A stretch of 64,000 nucleotides of DNA from assembly GCA_963667785.2 (NCBI GenBank), contig CAXXMU010000001.1, positions 288,001 through 352,000 of the forward strand, in the 5' to 3' direction. The number at the start of each line of letters is the position of its first letter. The first letter of the stretch is position 1. The notes under the pieces are model-generated. The model saw only the letters and a list, made by a program, of their open reading frames with translations, did not search any database and had not been told where the DNA came from. Below, piece after piece: positions 19,511 through 30,664 of the stretch. A program made the translations under genes and the position numbers. Source of the DNA: Alphaproteobacteria bacterium. GTDB lineage: Bacteria; Pseudomonadota; Alphaproteobacteria; UBA828.

Positions 19511-20982
19511 CGCGGCCCGCGCTCCGGCAGCGGCCAGGGGTTCGCGGCGGGCCACGGCTCGGCCCTGTGGTCGGCATCCTCCAGCGCGTCCGCCAGCGGC
19601 ACGACGCGGTCGACGTGGCCGCCGAGGGCCGCGAACTCGGCCAGGCTGAGCGTGAACTCGATGGGGGCGACCAGCGCCGGCGTCGGCACGTAGCCGAAGG
19701 CATCGGCCGGCATGCGGGTCACGTCCACCATGAAGGTGATGCCGCCGCCGGGCCAGACGTGGACCGGCGCGCCGCCGGCGGTGACGCGGGTGAGCGCGTC
19801 CTTGATGGAGCGGGTGAGCCGCACCGGGTTCTCGGTGACGCCCGCGCGCAGGCTCCCGCCCGCGCCCGCCATGAAGAGCACGGTGCAGAGCGCGGGCTCG
19901 CAGTTCTCGGCGATGCGCTCCACCACGGTCTCGATCGCCGCCGGCATCGGCGCGGGCCGCGGCGTCAGCGTCTCGTCCAGCTCGAACCAGGCGGCGTCCT
20001 CGCCGGTGGTGGAGACCATGTGGAGCCTGAGCCCCGGCCACGCCTTCTTCGGGTCGATCCTCTCGATGATCTCCAGCGGATCGTCGATGTCGGTGGCGGC
20101 CCAGCCGCGCCCCTTGCGCGCCACCTGGAAGTAGCGCCCCGGCGTCGAGCGGCGACCCCGCACGCGGATTCCGCTGGGCGGCATGTCGAGGAAGCGCCCG
20201 GCCTGGTGCTCGGTGAGAACGCCGGTGATCTGGTCGTCGACCACGATCACCTCGTCGGCATGGCCGTGCCACTGGCGCGCGAACATGCCCATGGCGGCGG
20301 AGCCGCAGCCGGCCCGCATGCGCTCCTCGCGCTGGCCGTCCACCACCGGCGCCGCGCCCGCCTGGACGACGAGCTCCGCCCCGCCGTCCACCGTGAGCGT
20401 CGCCGGCTTGCCGTTGCAGAGGTCGAGCAGGGCGGCGCAGGTGACGGTGCCCTCGCGCTTGCTGCCGCCGGTGAAGTGCCGCACGCCGCCCAGCGAGAGC
20501 ATCTGCGAGCCGTACTCGGCCGTGGTGACGTGGCCGATGGGCTCGCCGTCGGCCCGCACCGAGGCCTGCTCGGGGCCGACGTGGCGGTCGGTGTCGATCT
20601 TCACCTTCACGCCGCAGTAGCTGAAGATTCCCTCCGAGACGACGGTCACCATGTCCACGCCCGCCGCTTCGCTCGCGATGATGAAGGGGGCGGGCTTGTA
20701 GTCGGGATAGGTGGTGCCGGAGCCGATGCCGGTCACGAAGCGCTCGCGCGGGGCGACCACGCCGCCGTCCCAGTCCTCCGCCCCGTCGAGGAAAGGCACC
20801 AGCGCGTCCGCACGCTCGGTGACGAGCAGCGGGTCCACGCGGGTCAGCGTGCCGCTGACATTGGCGTAGCGGTCGCAGGCGCCGACCTTGCCCTCGCGTA
20901 TGCGGCAGAGCACCGGGCAGGCGTCGCAGCGGATGATGGAGGCGCCGTCCCTGGCCGCGCGCCCAGCCTTCTGCTCGGTCAC
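19507..20982 (-). CDS. hnr: 6-hydroxynicotinate reductase-like Fe-S flavoprotein
   Basis: N-terminal CDACPVLC...GACDRYAN, GTTYPDYKPAPF, EGIFSYCG, EYGSQMLSLGG, RAGCGSA and GAGGSLRAG; adjacent to the Mo-hydroxylase and UPF0280 genes. Confidence 0.82.
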   Translation of the reverse strand: MTEQKAGRAARDGASIIRCDACPVLCRIREGKVGACDRYANVSGTLTRVDPLLVTERADALVPFLDGAEDWDGGVVAPRERFVTGIGSGTTYPDYKPAPFIIASEAAGVDMVTVVSEGIFSYCGVKVKIDTDRHVGPEQASVRADGEPIGHVTTAEYGSQMLSLGGVRHFTGGSKREGTVTCAALLDLCNGKPATLTVDGGAELVVQAGAAPVVDGQREERMRAGCGSAAMGMFARQWHGHADEVIVVDDQITGVLTEHQAGRFLDMPPSGIRVRGRRSTPGRYFQVARKGRGWAATDIDDPLEIIERIDPKKAWPGLRLHMVSTTGEDAAWFELDETLTPRPAPMPAAIETVVERIAENCEPALCTVLFMAGAGGSLRAGVTENPVRLTRSIKDALTRVTAGGAPVHVWPGGGITFMVDVTRMPADAFGYVPTPALVAPIEFTLSLAEFAALGGHVDRVVPLADALEDADHRAEPWPAANPWPLPERGPR

Positions 20983-23747
20983 GGGCCGGCCTCCCGCTCC
21001 CTGAGCGCCCGGCGCAGCCGGTGGGGCAGGGCGGGCACCCGGGTGACCCGCACGCCCGTGGCGTGGCGGATGGCGCCGAGGATGGCCGGCGCGGTCGGCA
21101 CCAGGCCCGGCTCGCCCACGCCCTTGGCGCCGAAGGGGCCGAGAGGCTCGGGGTCCTCGACGATGATGACCTCGATCTCCGGCACGTCGCCGATGGTCGG
21201 GATCAGATAGTCGTGCAGGTTCTCGGTCCGGCCCGGCAGATACTCCTCCATCAGCGCGAGCCCGATGCCCTGGGCGATCCCGCCCTCGATCTGGCCCTCC
21301 ACCTGGGTCGGGTTGATGGCGCGGCCGACATCGTGCGCGGCATGGATGCGGACGGGCGTCACGGTTCCGAGCTCGGTGTCCACGTCGACCACGGCGATCT
21401 GCGCGCCGAACGCGTAGGTCGCGTAGGGCTTGCCCTGGCCCTTGGCGTCGAGCGCGGTGGTCGGCGGGTCGAAGCGGCCCGTGCCCTCCAGCACCACGCC
21501 CGCCGCATCGGCCTTCAGCCGGCCGAGGTCGATCTCCGTCCGCCGCGCGCCGTCGCGTACCGTCACGCGCCCGGCCGCGAGCTCGATGCGTGCGCCGTCG
21601 CCGGCATTGGCCTCGCGCAGGATCGCCGCGCGCAGGGCGGCGCCGGCAAGCGCGGCCGCCTTGCCGGAGACGAAGGTCTGGCGCGAGGCGGAGGTCTTGC
21701 CGGCGTCCTCGGTCCAGTCGGTGTCGCCGATCACCTGGGCGATCCGGTCCGCCGCCACGCCGAGGGCATCGGCGCAGATCTGGGCGAGGATCGTGGTCGA
21801 GCCCTGGCCGATATCGACCGCGCCGTTGTAGAGGGTGAGCCGGCCCTCGCGGTCGAGGGCGACGCGCATCGAGGACGGGTTGCTGAGCGCGGTGTTGCCG
21901 ATGCCGTACCACATGCAGCCGATGCCGGCGCCGCGCCGCAGCGGGCCGCCCTGCCGGTTGGCCTGCGCGGCGTCCTCGAGCGCGCGCTGCCAGCGGGCCG
22001 CGAGCGCTTCCAGGCAGGGGGCGAGCCCGGCGCTCGCCTCCAGCACCTGGCCCGTCGCGGTCGCATCGCCGACACGGATCGCGTTCTTCAGGCGCATCTC
22101 CAGCCGGTCCATGCCGAGCCCGTCCGCGAGGTCGTCCATCAGCGCCTCGTGGGCGATGGCGGCCTGGGGCACGCCGAAGCCGCGGAAGGCACCGGCGGGC
22201 GGCCCGTTGGTATAGAAGGCCCGGCCGCGCGCCGAGACGTGAGGCACGGCGTAGGGGCCCGAAGCGTGGATTGGCACGCGGCTCGCCACGGTCGGCCCCC
22301 AGGAGGCGTAGGCGCCGGTGTCGAAGGTGGCATCGAACGCGACCGCCTGCAGCCTGCCGTCGGAATCGCAGCCGAAGCGCGCCTCGATCGCCGTGGGATG
22401 GCGCTTGGGGCTCGCCATCATGCTCTCGGGCCGCTCGTAGACGCAGGCGACCGGCTTGGCCGTGAGCCAGGCGGCGAGCGCCGTGAGCGGCTGGACCGAG
22501 ACGTCGAGCTTGCCGCCGAAGCCGCCGCCGCAGGCGCTCGGCACGATCCGCACTTGCGTGGGCGCGAGGCCCAGCACCTCGGCCGTCGAGTCCCGGTTCA
22601 TCACCGGCGTCTGGGTCGAGACGAAGAGCTCGACTCGCCCGCCTGCCCGCCTCGCCCAGCCGGCCTCGGGCTCGATGTAGGCGTGCTCGACGAACGCGGT
22701 CTCGAAGCGTCCCCCGGCCGTCACCGCCGCACCCGCCAGCGCTGCTTCCGCGTCCCCGCGCTCGACCCCGCCCTCGATCAGGCGGTTGCCCTCGGCGTCA
22801 TCGTGGACGAGCGGCGCGGCGGGCGCGCGGGCCTCGTCCAGGCCGTGCACGGCCGGCAGCGGCTCGTAGGCGATCGGCAGGTCCGCGTCGCGCAGCGCCG
22901 TCACCGCCTCGCGCGTGCCCACCAGCGCCGCGACGGGATCGCCCCGGTAGCGCACGAGACCCTCGGCCAGCACCGGCTGGTCCCGCAGGTCGGGGTAGAT
23001 GCCGACACGGTTGTAGGGCACGTCGGCGGCGGTAAGCACGCGCTCCACGCCGGGCCGGGCGGCGGCCACCGCCTCCAGGTCGCCGAGGGTGACTCGCGCC
23101 GAGTCATGAGGCGAGCGGACGATCCTGAGCCAGAGCGCGTCGGCCGGCACGGCGTCGGCGCCGTAGCGCTCGGCGCCGGTGAGCTTGGGCATGCCGTCCG
23201 GCTTCGGCATGCGGGCGCCGACGGCGGCGCCGGCAGGGGGTGCCGCGAGCGGCAGCGGGCCGTCGCCCGCCGCGTCCAGCACCGCCGCCACGATCTTGCG
23301 ATAGCCCGTGCAGCGGCAGAGGACGCCGCCGAGGCCGTCCATCACCTCCGCCGGGCGGGGGCGGGGAGAGGCGCGCAGCAGTTCCGTCGCGGCGATCAGC
23401 ATGCCGGGCGTGCACGCGCCGCATTGCGCCGCGCCGTGGCGCAGGAAGGCCCGCTGCAGGCGGTTCAGCCGGCCGTTCGCGGCAAGCCCTTCCACGGTGG
23501 TCACGTGGCGCCCTGCGGCCTGGGCCAACGACACCATGCAGCTACAGACCTGTTCGCCGTCGAGCAGCACCGTGCAGGCGCCGCAGTCGCCGGCGTTGCA
23601 GCCGACCTTGGTCCCGGTCAGGCCGAGATCGTCGCGCAGCGCATCGGCGAGGCGACGGAGCGGCGGCGCGGCGACGGCGACCTCGCGCCCGTTGACCGTG
23701 AACGCGGTGGTGCCGTCGCTCGCGGCGCACGTGCCGTTCCCGCTCAC
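20979..23747 (-). CDS. Xanthine-dehydrogenase-family Mo-hydroxylase, fused 2x[2Fe-2S] and molybdopterin domains (nicotinate dehydrogenase-like)
   Basis: GCNAGDCGAC, QCGACTPG, CRCTGY, HAYIEPE, GGGFGGK, FRGFG and GAKGVGEP; adjacent to hnr. Confidence 0.9.
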   Translation of the reverse strand: MSGNGTCAASDGTTAFTVNGREVAVAAPPLRRLADALRDDLGLTGTKVGCNAGDCGACTVLLDGEQVCSCMVSLAQAAGRHVTTVEGLAANGRLNRLQRAFLRHGAAQCGACTPGMLIAATELLRASPRPRPAEVMDGLGGVLCRCTGYRKIVAAVLDAAGDGPLPLAAPPAGAAVGARMPKPDGMPKLTGAERYGADAVPADALWLRIVRSPHDSARVTLGDLEAVAAARPGVERVLTAADVPYNRVGIYPDLRDQPVLAEGLVRYRGDPVAALVGTREAVTALRDADLPIAYEPLPAVHGLDEARAPAAPLVHDDAEGNRLIEGGVERGDAEAALAGAAVTAGGRFETAFVEHAYIEPEAGWARRAGGRVELFVSTQTPVMNRDSTAEVLGLAPTQVRIVPSACGGGFGGKLDVSVQPLTALAAWLTAKPVACVYERPESMMASPKRHPTAIEARFGCDSDGRLQAVAFDATFDTGAYASWGPTVASRVPIHASGPYAVPHVSARGRAFYTNGPPAGAFRGFGVPQAAIAHEALMDDLADGLGMDRLEMRLKNAIRVGDATATGQVLEASAGLAPCLEALAARWQRALEDAAQANRQGGPLRRGAGIGCMWYGIGNTALSNPSSMRVALDREGRLTLYNGAVDIGQGSTTILAQICADALGVAADRIAQVIGDTDWTEDAGKTSASRQTFVSGKAAALAGAALRAAILREANAGDGARIELAAGRVTVRDGARRTEIDLGRLKADAAGVVLEGTGRFDPPTTALDAKGQGKPYATYAFGAQIAVVDVDTELGTVTPVRIHAAHDVGRAINPTQVEGQIEGGIAQGIGLALMEEYLPGRTENLHDYLIPTIGDVPEIEVIIVEDPEPLGPFGAKGVGEPGLVPTAPAILGAIRHATGVRVTRVPALPHRLRRALREREAGP

Positions 23748-24589
23748 ATCATGCTCCCGAGCTCGGCGAGCGTGCGCGCCGTCAGCGTCCGTGCCGCATC
23801 GAGGCGATAGGCAGCGGAACCGCGCGCATCGTCGAGCGGCGCAAGCGGCGCCATGTGCGCGTCCGTCACGGCCCGGCCGAGCGATTCGTCGCAGTTGCGG
23901 CCGAGGAGCGCCTCCTCCAGCGCCGGCAGGCGGCGCGCCACCGGCGAGCAGGCGCCGACCGCGACCGCGGCGCGCACGATGCGGCCGTCCGCGTCCGTCT
24001 CCAGCGCCGCCGCCGCCATGACGATCGAGATCACCAGGTAGCGCCGGGCGCCGAGCTTGAGGAAGTGCCCGCGCGCCCGCTCCGCAGCGGGCCTGGGCAC
24101 GCGCACCGCCAGCATGAGCTGGTCCGGCGCGAGCGCCGTCTCGCGGTTGCCGCGGATGAAGGCGGCGAGCGGCATGGTCTCCCGCCGCTCGTGCGAGGCG
24201 AGCTCCACCTCGGCGCCGAGGCTGAGCAGCACCGGCACACCGTCGGCGGCGGGCGAGGCGTTGCAGAGATTGCCGCAGAGCGTGCCGGCGTTCTGCACCT
24301 GGCGGCCGCCGATCTCGAGCGCCGCCAGCTTGAGGCCGTCGAACCAGGGGGGCAGGTCGGCCCGGACGATATCGGTCCAGGTCGCGAGCGCAGGAATGCG
24401 CCAGTGGTCCGCGCGCTCCTCGATCGCGCGCATCGAGTCGAGCGCGGTGATGTCGAGGACGGGCTCGTCGAGCGGCTTGCCCACCCGCGCCGGGTAGAAG
24501 TCGGTGCCGCCGGCCAGCACCGTCAGCCGCCGGCTGCCGAGCGCCGCCAGCGCATCGTCGAGGGCGGTGGGACGCAGGTAGTCCGGCAT
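23744..24589 (-). CDS. FAD-binding subunit of xanthine-dehydrogenase-family enzyme
   Basis: LAGGTD, QVQNAGTLCGNLCNASPAAD and DDARGSAAYR. Confidence 0.9.
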   Translation of the reverse strand: MPDYLRPTALDDALAALGSRRLTVLAGGTDFYPARVGKPLDEPVLDITALDSMRAIEERADHWRIPALATWTDIVRADLPPWFDGLKLAALEIGGRQVQNAGTLCGNLCNASPAADGVPVLLSLGAEVELASHERRETMPLAAFIRGNRETALAPDQLMLAVRVPRPAAERARGHFLKLGARRYLVISIVMAAAALETDADGRIVRAAVAVGACSPVARRLPALEEALLGRNCDESLGRAVTDAHMAPLAPLDDARGSAAYRLDAARTLTARTLAELGSMM

Positions 24590-24685
24590 CACGGCAGCCT
24601 CATCTCGCTTTCCATGATACCGGAAATGCCGGCTCTCCACGCCCGGCGGCCGTATCCGGCCGGGGCGAGGCCCGGCGCGGCTGCG

Positions 24686-25321
24686 TCAGGCGCCGGGGTC
24701 GGGGAGGCGCGCCCCGTAGAGCCATGGCTGGGCGGCCCTCTGCCTCGCCTCGAAGGCGTCGATCTCGGCGGCCCTGGCGAGCGTGATGCCGATATCGTCG
24801 AGCCCGTTCAGCAGCCGGTGCTTGCGGAAGGGCTCGATCTCGAAGGCGACGGTCTCGCCGTTCGAGCGCGTGATGGTCTGGGCTTCCAGGTCCACCGCCA
24901 TCCGGCAGGTCTGCGCGTTGCCGGCGTCGGCCGTCAGCGTGTTCGTGTCATCCTCGGGCAGCGCGACGAGCAGGATGCCGTTCTTGACGCAGTTGTTGAA
25001 GAAGATGTCGGCGAAGCTCGGCGCGATCACGCAGCGGATGCCGAAGTCCTCGAGCGCCCAAGGCGCGTGCTCGCGGCTCGACCCGCAGCCGAAGTTCTGG
25101 CCGGCGACAAGGATGCAGGCCTCGTTCCAGGGCGCCCGGTTGAGGACGAAGTCCGGAACCGGGCGGTCCTCCATGTCGTAGCGGAAGTCGTGGAAGAGGC
25201 CCTTGCCGAGCCCGGCACGGCTGATCGCGGTGAGGTACTGCTTGGGGATGATCTGGTCGGTATCGACGTTGATCATCGGCAGCGCCGCCGCCGGGCCCGA
25301 GAGGGTCGTGAAGGTGCGCAT
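24686..25321 (-). CDS. leuD: 3-isopropylmalate dehydratase small subunit
   Basis: [22 protein letters not shown] and SFADIF. Confidence 0.96.
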   Translation of the reverse strand: MRTFTTLSGPAAALPMINVDTDQIIPKQYLTAISRAGLGKGLFHDFRYDMEDRPVPDFVLNRAPWNEACILVAGQNFGCGSSREHAPWALEDFGIRCVIAPSFADIFFNNCVKNGILLVALPEDDTNTLTADAGNAQTCRMAVDLEAQTITRSNGETVAFEIEPFRKHRLLNGLDDIGITLARAAEIDAFEARQRAAQPWLYGARLPDPGA

Positions 25322-25333
25322 GACGGGCCCTCC

Positions 25334-26752
<1,419 letters not shown>

Positions 26753-26781
26753 GGGCATCCTCCGGCGCCGGCGGCGCGCGG

Positions 26782-27198
26782 TCACTCGGTGGGCGCGGCC
26801 TCTTCGCTCGTCCGGGCAGCGGCCTTCCTGGCGCCGCGGTCGTCCCGCTTCTCGCGGATCCGCGCCGCCTTGCCGCGCAGGCCGCGCAGGTAGTAGAGCT
26901 TGGCGCGGCGCACCGCCCCCCGCTTCACCACCTCGATCTTCGCGATGCGCGGCGAATGGAGCGGGAAGACCCTCTCCACCCCCTCGCCGTAGGAGATCTT
27001 GCGGACCGTGAAGGAGGAGTTGAGGCTGCGGTTGCGCCGCGCGATGCAGACGCCCTCGAACACCTGCACCCGCTCGCGCGAGCCTTCCACCACCTTGACG
27101 TGGACGCGGAGGGTATCGCCGGGGGCGAACGAGGGGACCTCCCGCGCCTCCGTGAGCTTCTCCACGGCCTCGGCGTTCAACTGCTCGATCATGTTCAC
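26782..27198 (-). CDS. rplS: 50S ribosomal protein L19
   Basis: [23 protein letters not shown] and [13 protein letters not shown] start 7 nt after GAGGA. Confidence 0.97.
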   Translation of the reverse strand: MNMIEQLNAEAVEKLTEAREVPSFAPGDTLRVHVKVVEGSRERVQVFEGVCIARRNRSLNSSFTVRKISYGEGVERVFPLHSPRIAKIEVVKRGAVRRAKLYYLRGLRGKAARIREKRDDRGARKAAARTSEEAAPTE

Positions 27199-27202
27199 GG
27201 CA

Positions 27203-27982
27203 CTATCCTCGCGTATCCTGGCGCGTCGCGCCTGTGGGCGCGCCCGCACAGCGCCGCGCCTGGTGACGCGCCCAGAGATCGGCGCGTCGCGTTCTGGTCA
27301 CCTGCTCCGCCTGCGCCCGCCGCCAGGCATCGACGGCGGCATGATCGCCGGAGAGGAGCACCTCCGGCACGGCCCGGCCCTCGAAGAGGCGCGGGCGGGT
27401 GTAGTGCGGATACTCCAGCAGGTCGTCCTCGAAGCTCTCCTCGACCAGCGAGGCGGGCCGGCCCACCACGCCGGGCAGCAGCCGCACGCAGGCGTCGATC
27501 ACCGCCATCGCCGCGATCTCCCCGCCCGAGAGCACGTAGTCGCCGACGCTGAGCTCGGCAACGCCACGGCCTTCCAGCACACGCTCGTCGACTCCCTCGA
27601 AACGGCCGCAGACCAGCAAGATGCCGGGGCCGTTCGCCAATTCCTTCACCCGGTCCTGAGCGAGCGGCGCACCGCGCGGCGAAAGCAGGAAGCGCGGCAC
27701 ATCGCCCGCCGCCGGCTGCACCGAATCGATGGCCGCTGCCAGGACATCGGCGCGCATGACCATGCCCGCCCCGCCGCCGAACGGGTGATCGTCGACGGTG
27801 CCGTGTTTATCGCGCGCGAAGCGGCGGATGTCCACCGTTTCCAGCCGCCAGAGGCCGGAATCCAGGCTGCGGCCCGCCAGCGCGGTGCCGAGAGGGCCGG
27901 GAAAGACCTCGGGAGAGAGCGTGAGCACATGAGCGCACCACGGCGCGCCCGTCCGTCCGCCCGCCTGCCCGCCTGCCGTCAC
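27203..27982 (-). CDS. trmD: tRNA (guanine37-N1)-methyltransferase
   Basis: [33 protein letters not shown] and EYPHYTRP. Confidence 0.97.
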   Translation of the reverse strand: MTAGGQAGGRTGAPWCAHVLTLSPEVFPGPLGTALAGRSLDSGLWRLETVDIRRFARDKHGTVDDHPFGGGAGMVMRADVLAAAIDSVQPAAGDVPRFLLSPRGAPLAQDRVKELANGPGILLVCGRFEGVDERVLEGRGVAELSVGDYVLSGGEIAAMAVIDACVRLLPGVVGRPASLVEESFEDDLLEYPHYTRPRLFEGRAVPEVLLSGDHAAVDAWRRAQAEQVTRTRRADLWARHQARRCAGAPTGATRQDTRG

Positions 27983-28575
27983 GATCCCTCCTCCGCCGTG
28001 GTGGCGACCACCATGCGGCCAGCCTCGATGTCGACGGCCGGCACGTGCTCGCGCGTGAAGGGGACGAGGGTGGAGGGGCCGTTCGCCGGCTGAATCTCGA
28101 CGATCGGGCCGGCGCCGTGGTCGTGGATCGCGCTGACCCGACCGATCGCGTCGCCCGATGCGCTCTCCGCCCGCAGCCCGAGAAGGTCCACGTGGTAGTA
28201 CTCGTCGCCCTCGGTGGGCGGCAGCAGCGCGCGGGCGACGTGGAGGTCGGTCCCGCGCAGGGCGTCCGCCGCGTCGCGATCGTCCACGCCCTCGATCCGG
28301 GCGAGCAGCAGCCCCTTGACGTGCCCGGTGAGCGCGAGAGCGAAGCGCCGCGACCCGTCCGCGTCGGCGAGCGGGCCGTAGGCGGCGAGATCGTCCGGGT
28401 TCTGGGTGTGGCTGCGCACGCGAACGATGCCGCGCACGCCGTGGGCGCCGACGATGCGCCCGACGCAGACCGTCCGCGACCGCTCCGGCCCGGCCGGCTC
28501 CGGCGCGGCCGGGGTGGCCGTGGCGCCCGCGCCGGCCGCGGCCTCAGTCGCCGGCTTTCTCTTCCTCTCCGCCAT
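27979..28575 (-). CDS. rimM: 16S rRNA processing protein RimM
   Basis: [21 protein letters not shown] and EYYHVDLLG; position between rpsP and trmD. Confidence 0.93.
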   Translation of the reverse strand: MAERKRKPATEAAAGAGATATPAAPEPAGPERSRTVCVGRIVGAHGVRGIVRVRSHTQNPDDLAAYGPLADADGSRRFALALTGHVKGLLLARIEGVDDRDAADALRGTDLHVARALLPPTEGDEYYHVDLLGLRAESASGDAIGRVSAIHDHGAGPIVEIQPANGPSTLVPFTREHVPAVDIEAGRMVVATTAEEGS

Positions 28576-29098
28576 CGTCTGCAGCGGCCTCGCCGGGTGC
28601 CGCCTCCTCGGCGGCTGCCTCTTCCGGAGTTGCCTCCTCGACGGCCGCCTCTTCCGGAGCGGCCTCCTCAGGCGCGGCCTCTTCAGGAGCGGCCTCCTCG
28701 GGCGCGGCCTCTTCAGGAGCAGCCTCCTCGGGAGCGGCTTCCTCGGCGGCGCTGGCTGCCGCCGCCTTTTCCGCCCGTGCCGCCTCGCGCTCCAGCGCCT
28801 TCGCCCTGGGCTGGCCCTTCTGGGGATTGTTGCGCTGCGCCGGCATCGGGATGATCTCGGCGGCGCCGAGGAAGCGGGCGACACGGTCGGACGGCAGCGC
28901 GCCGACGTCCAGCCAGTGGCGCACGCGCTCGACGTTGAGGCGCACGCGCTCAGGATGGTCCTTGGGCAGCATCGGGTCGTAGGTCCCCAGCCGCTCGAGG
29001 AAGCGGCCGTCGCGCGGGCTGCGGCTGTCGGCCACCACCACGCGGTAGAACGGGCGCTTCTTGGCGCCGGCACGGGACAGGCGAATCTTCAGTGCCAT
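28544..29098 (-). CDS. rpsP: 30S ribosomal protein S16 with long acidic C-terminal tail
   Basis: [33 protein letters not shown]. Confidence 0.97.
   Translation of the reverse strand: MALKIRLSRAGAKKRPFYRVVVADSRSPRDGRFLERLGTYDPMLPKDHPERVRLNVERVRHWLDVGALPSDRVARFLGAAEIIPMPAQRNNPQKGQPRAKALEREAARAEKAAAASAAEEAAPEEAAPEEAAPEEAAPEEAAPEEAAPEEAAVEEATPEEAAAEEAAPGEAAADDGGEEEKAGD
28580..28744 (-). repeat. 15-bp coding tandem repeat, about 11 units encoding (EEAAP)n in the S16 tail
   Basis: EEAAP x6 followed by [20 protein letters not shown] and GEAAA. Confidence 0.9.
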
Positions 29099-29150
29099 GG
29101 TCTCGTTACTCTCCTTGTCCGGGTGTGTCTGGTTGTATCTGGATGTTCGT

Positions 29151-30506
29151 TCAGCGGGGCGGCATCAGGCCGGGCATCCCGGCCCGCATGAGGCCCTTCT
29201 CGCCCAGTTTTCCGGCCCGCTTCATCATGATGTTCATCTGCTTGACCTGCTTGAGCAGGCGGTTCACGTCCTGCACGGAGGTGCCCGAGCCGCCGGCGAT
29301 GCGCCGCTTGCGCGAGCTGTTCAGCAGCTTCGGGTTGCGCCGTTCCAGCGGCGTCATCGAGTTGATGATGGCCTGCTGGCGGTCGAGCAGCGAGAGATCG
29401 AGGTTCGCCTCGGCGAGCTGGCGCTTGACCTTGCCGACGCCGGGCAGCATGCCGAGCAGGCCCTCCATGCCGCCCATCTTCCGCACCTGCTGAAGCTGCT
29501 GGGCGAGGTCGTTCATGTCGAACCCGCCCTTCTTCGCCTTGCGGACCAGCCGCTCGGCCTCCTCCTGCTCGATCGTCTCCTGCGCCTTCTCGACGAGCGA
29601 GACCACGTCGCCCATGCCGAGGATGCGCGACGCGATGCGGTCCGGGTGGAAGGGCTCGATGGCGTCGAGCTTCTCGCCCACGCCGATCAGCTTGATCGGG
29701 CAGCCGGTGACCGCGCGCATGCTGAGCGCCGCCCCACCGCGCCCGTCGCCGTCGACCCGGGTCAGCGCGATCCCGGTGAGGCCGATGCGCTCGTGGAACG
29801 CGCCGGCGACGTTGACCGCGTCCTGGCCGGTGAGCGCATCGGCGACCAGCAGGGTCTCGGCCGGCCCGGCGGCATCCCGCACCGCGGCGCACTCCGCCAT
29901 CAGGTCGTCGTCCACGTGCAGGCGGCCGGCGGTATCGAGCAGGACCACGTCATGGCCCTCCTGCGCGCCGGCCTTCATCGCCCGCCGCGCGATCGCCACC
30001 GCCCCCTGGCCGAACTCGATCGGCAGCACGTCCACCTCCGCCTGCATGCCGAGCACGGCGAGCTGCTCCATGGCCGCCGGCCGGCGGGTGTCGAGCGAGG
30101 CCATCAGCACGCGCTTCTTGTGACTCACGCGCAAGTAACGGCCGAGCTTGGCGGTGGTGGTGGTCTTGCCCGAGCCCTGGAGGCCGACCATGAGGACGGC
30201 GGCGGGCGGGCTGGCGGCGGCGATGGCGATCTCGGCGGTCTCGCCGCCCAGCATCTCGACCAGGTGATCGCTGACGATCTTGATGACCTGCTGGCCGGGC
30301 GCCACGCTCTTCAGCACGTCGGCGCCCACGGCCTTCTCGCGCACGCCGGCGACGAAGTCCTTGACCACCGGCAGCGCCACGTCGGCCTCGAGCAGGGCGA
30401 TGCGCACGTCGCGCAGCGCCGAATCCACGTCGGCCTCGCTCAGCGCGCCGCGCCGCGTCAGCGCCTCGAAGACCCCGCCTAGCCTACCGGACAGACTGTC
30501 GAACAC
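29151..30506 (-). CDS. ffh: Signal recognition particle protein
   Basis: [33 protein letters not shown] and the M-domain [14 protein letters not shown] start. Confidence 0.97.
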   Translation of the reverse strand: MFDSLSGRLGGVFEALTRRGALSEADVDSALRDVRIALLEADVALPVVKDFVAGVREKAVGADVLKSVAPGQQVIKIVSDHLVEMLGGETAEIAIAAASPPAAVLMVGLQGSGKTTTTAKLGRYLRVSHKKRVLMASLDTRRPAAMEQLAVLGMQAEVDVLPIEFGQGAVAIARRAMKAGAQEGHDVVLLDTAGRLHVDDDLMAECAAVRDAAGPAETLLVADALTGQDAVNVAGAFHERIGLTGIALTRVDGDGRGGAALSMRAVTGCPIKLIGVGEKLDAIEPFHPDRIASRILGMGDVVSLVEKAQETIEQEEAERLVRKAKKGGFDMNDLAQQLQQVRKMGGMEGLLGMLPGVGKVKRQLAEANLDLSLLDRQQAIINSMTPLERRNPKLLNSSRKRRIAGGSGTSVQDVNRLLKQVKQMNIMMKRAGKLGEKGLMRAGMPGLMPPR

Positions 30507-30533
30507 GTGCCGCTCCCGCCCCAACGGGCCTCG

Positions 30534-30562
30534 CGCCGGTGCGCGACACTCGCGGACCGGCG
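30534..30562 (-). promoter_or_regulatory. Hairpin in the ffh 5' leader (candidate ffh cis-regulatory RNA motif)
   Basis: Minus strand CGCCGGT-C-CGCGA-gtg-TCGCG-C-ACCGGCG stem-loop, 27 nt upstream of the ffh start. Confidence 0.45.
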
Positions 30563-30607
30563 TCCCTCCTCGAAGGGCAGCCTTTCGAACCCTCTCGAAA
30601 CGGGCGG

Positions 30608-30636
30608 ACCCTAAGCCCGCTCCCTCACCGGGTCAA
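30608..30636 (-). promoter_or_regulatory. Putative sigma70 promoter of the ffh-rpsP operon
   Basis: Minus strand TTGACC-N17-TAGGGT. Confidence 0.5.
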
Positions 30637-30664
30637 GGCGTCGTTCCGACAGCCTTGCCCCCTG

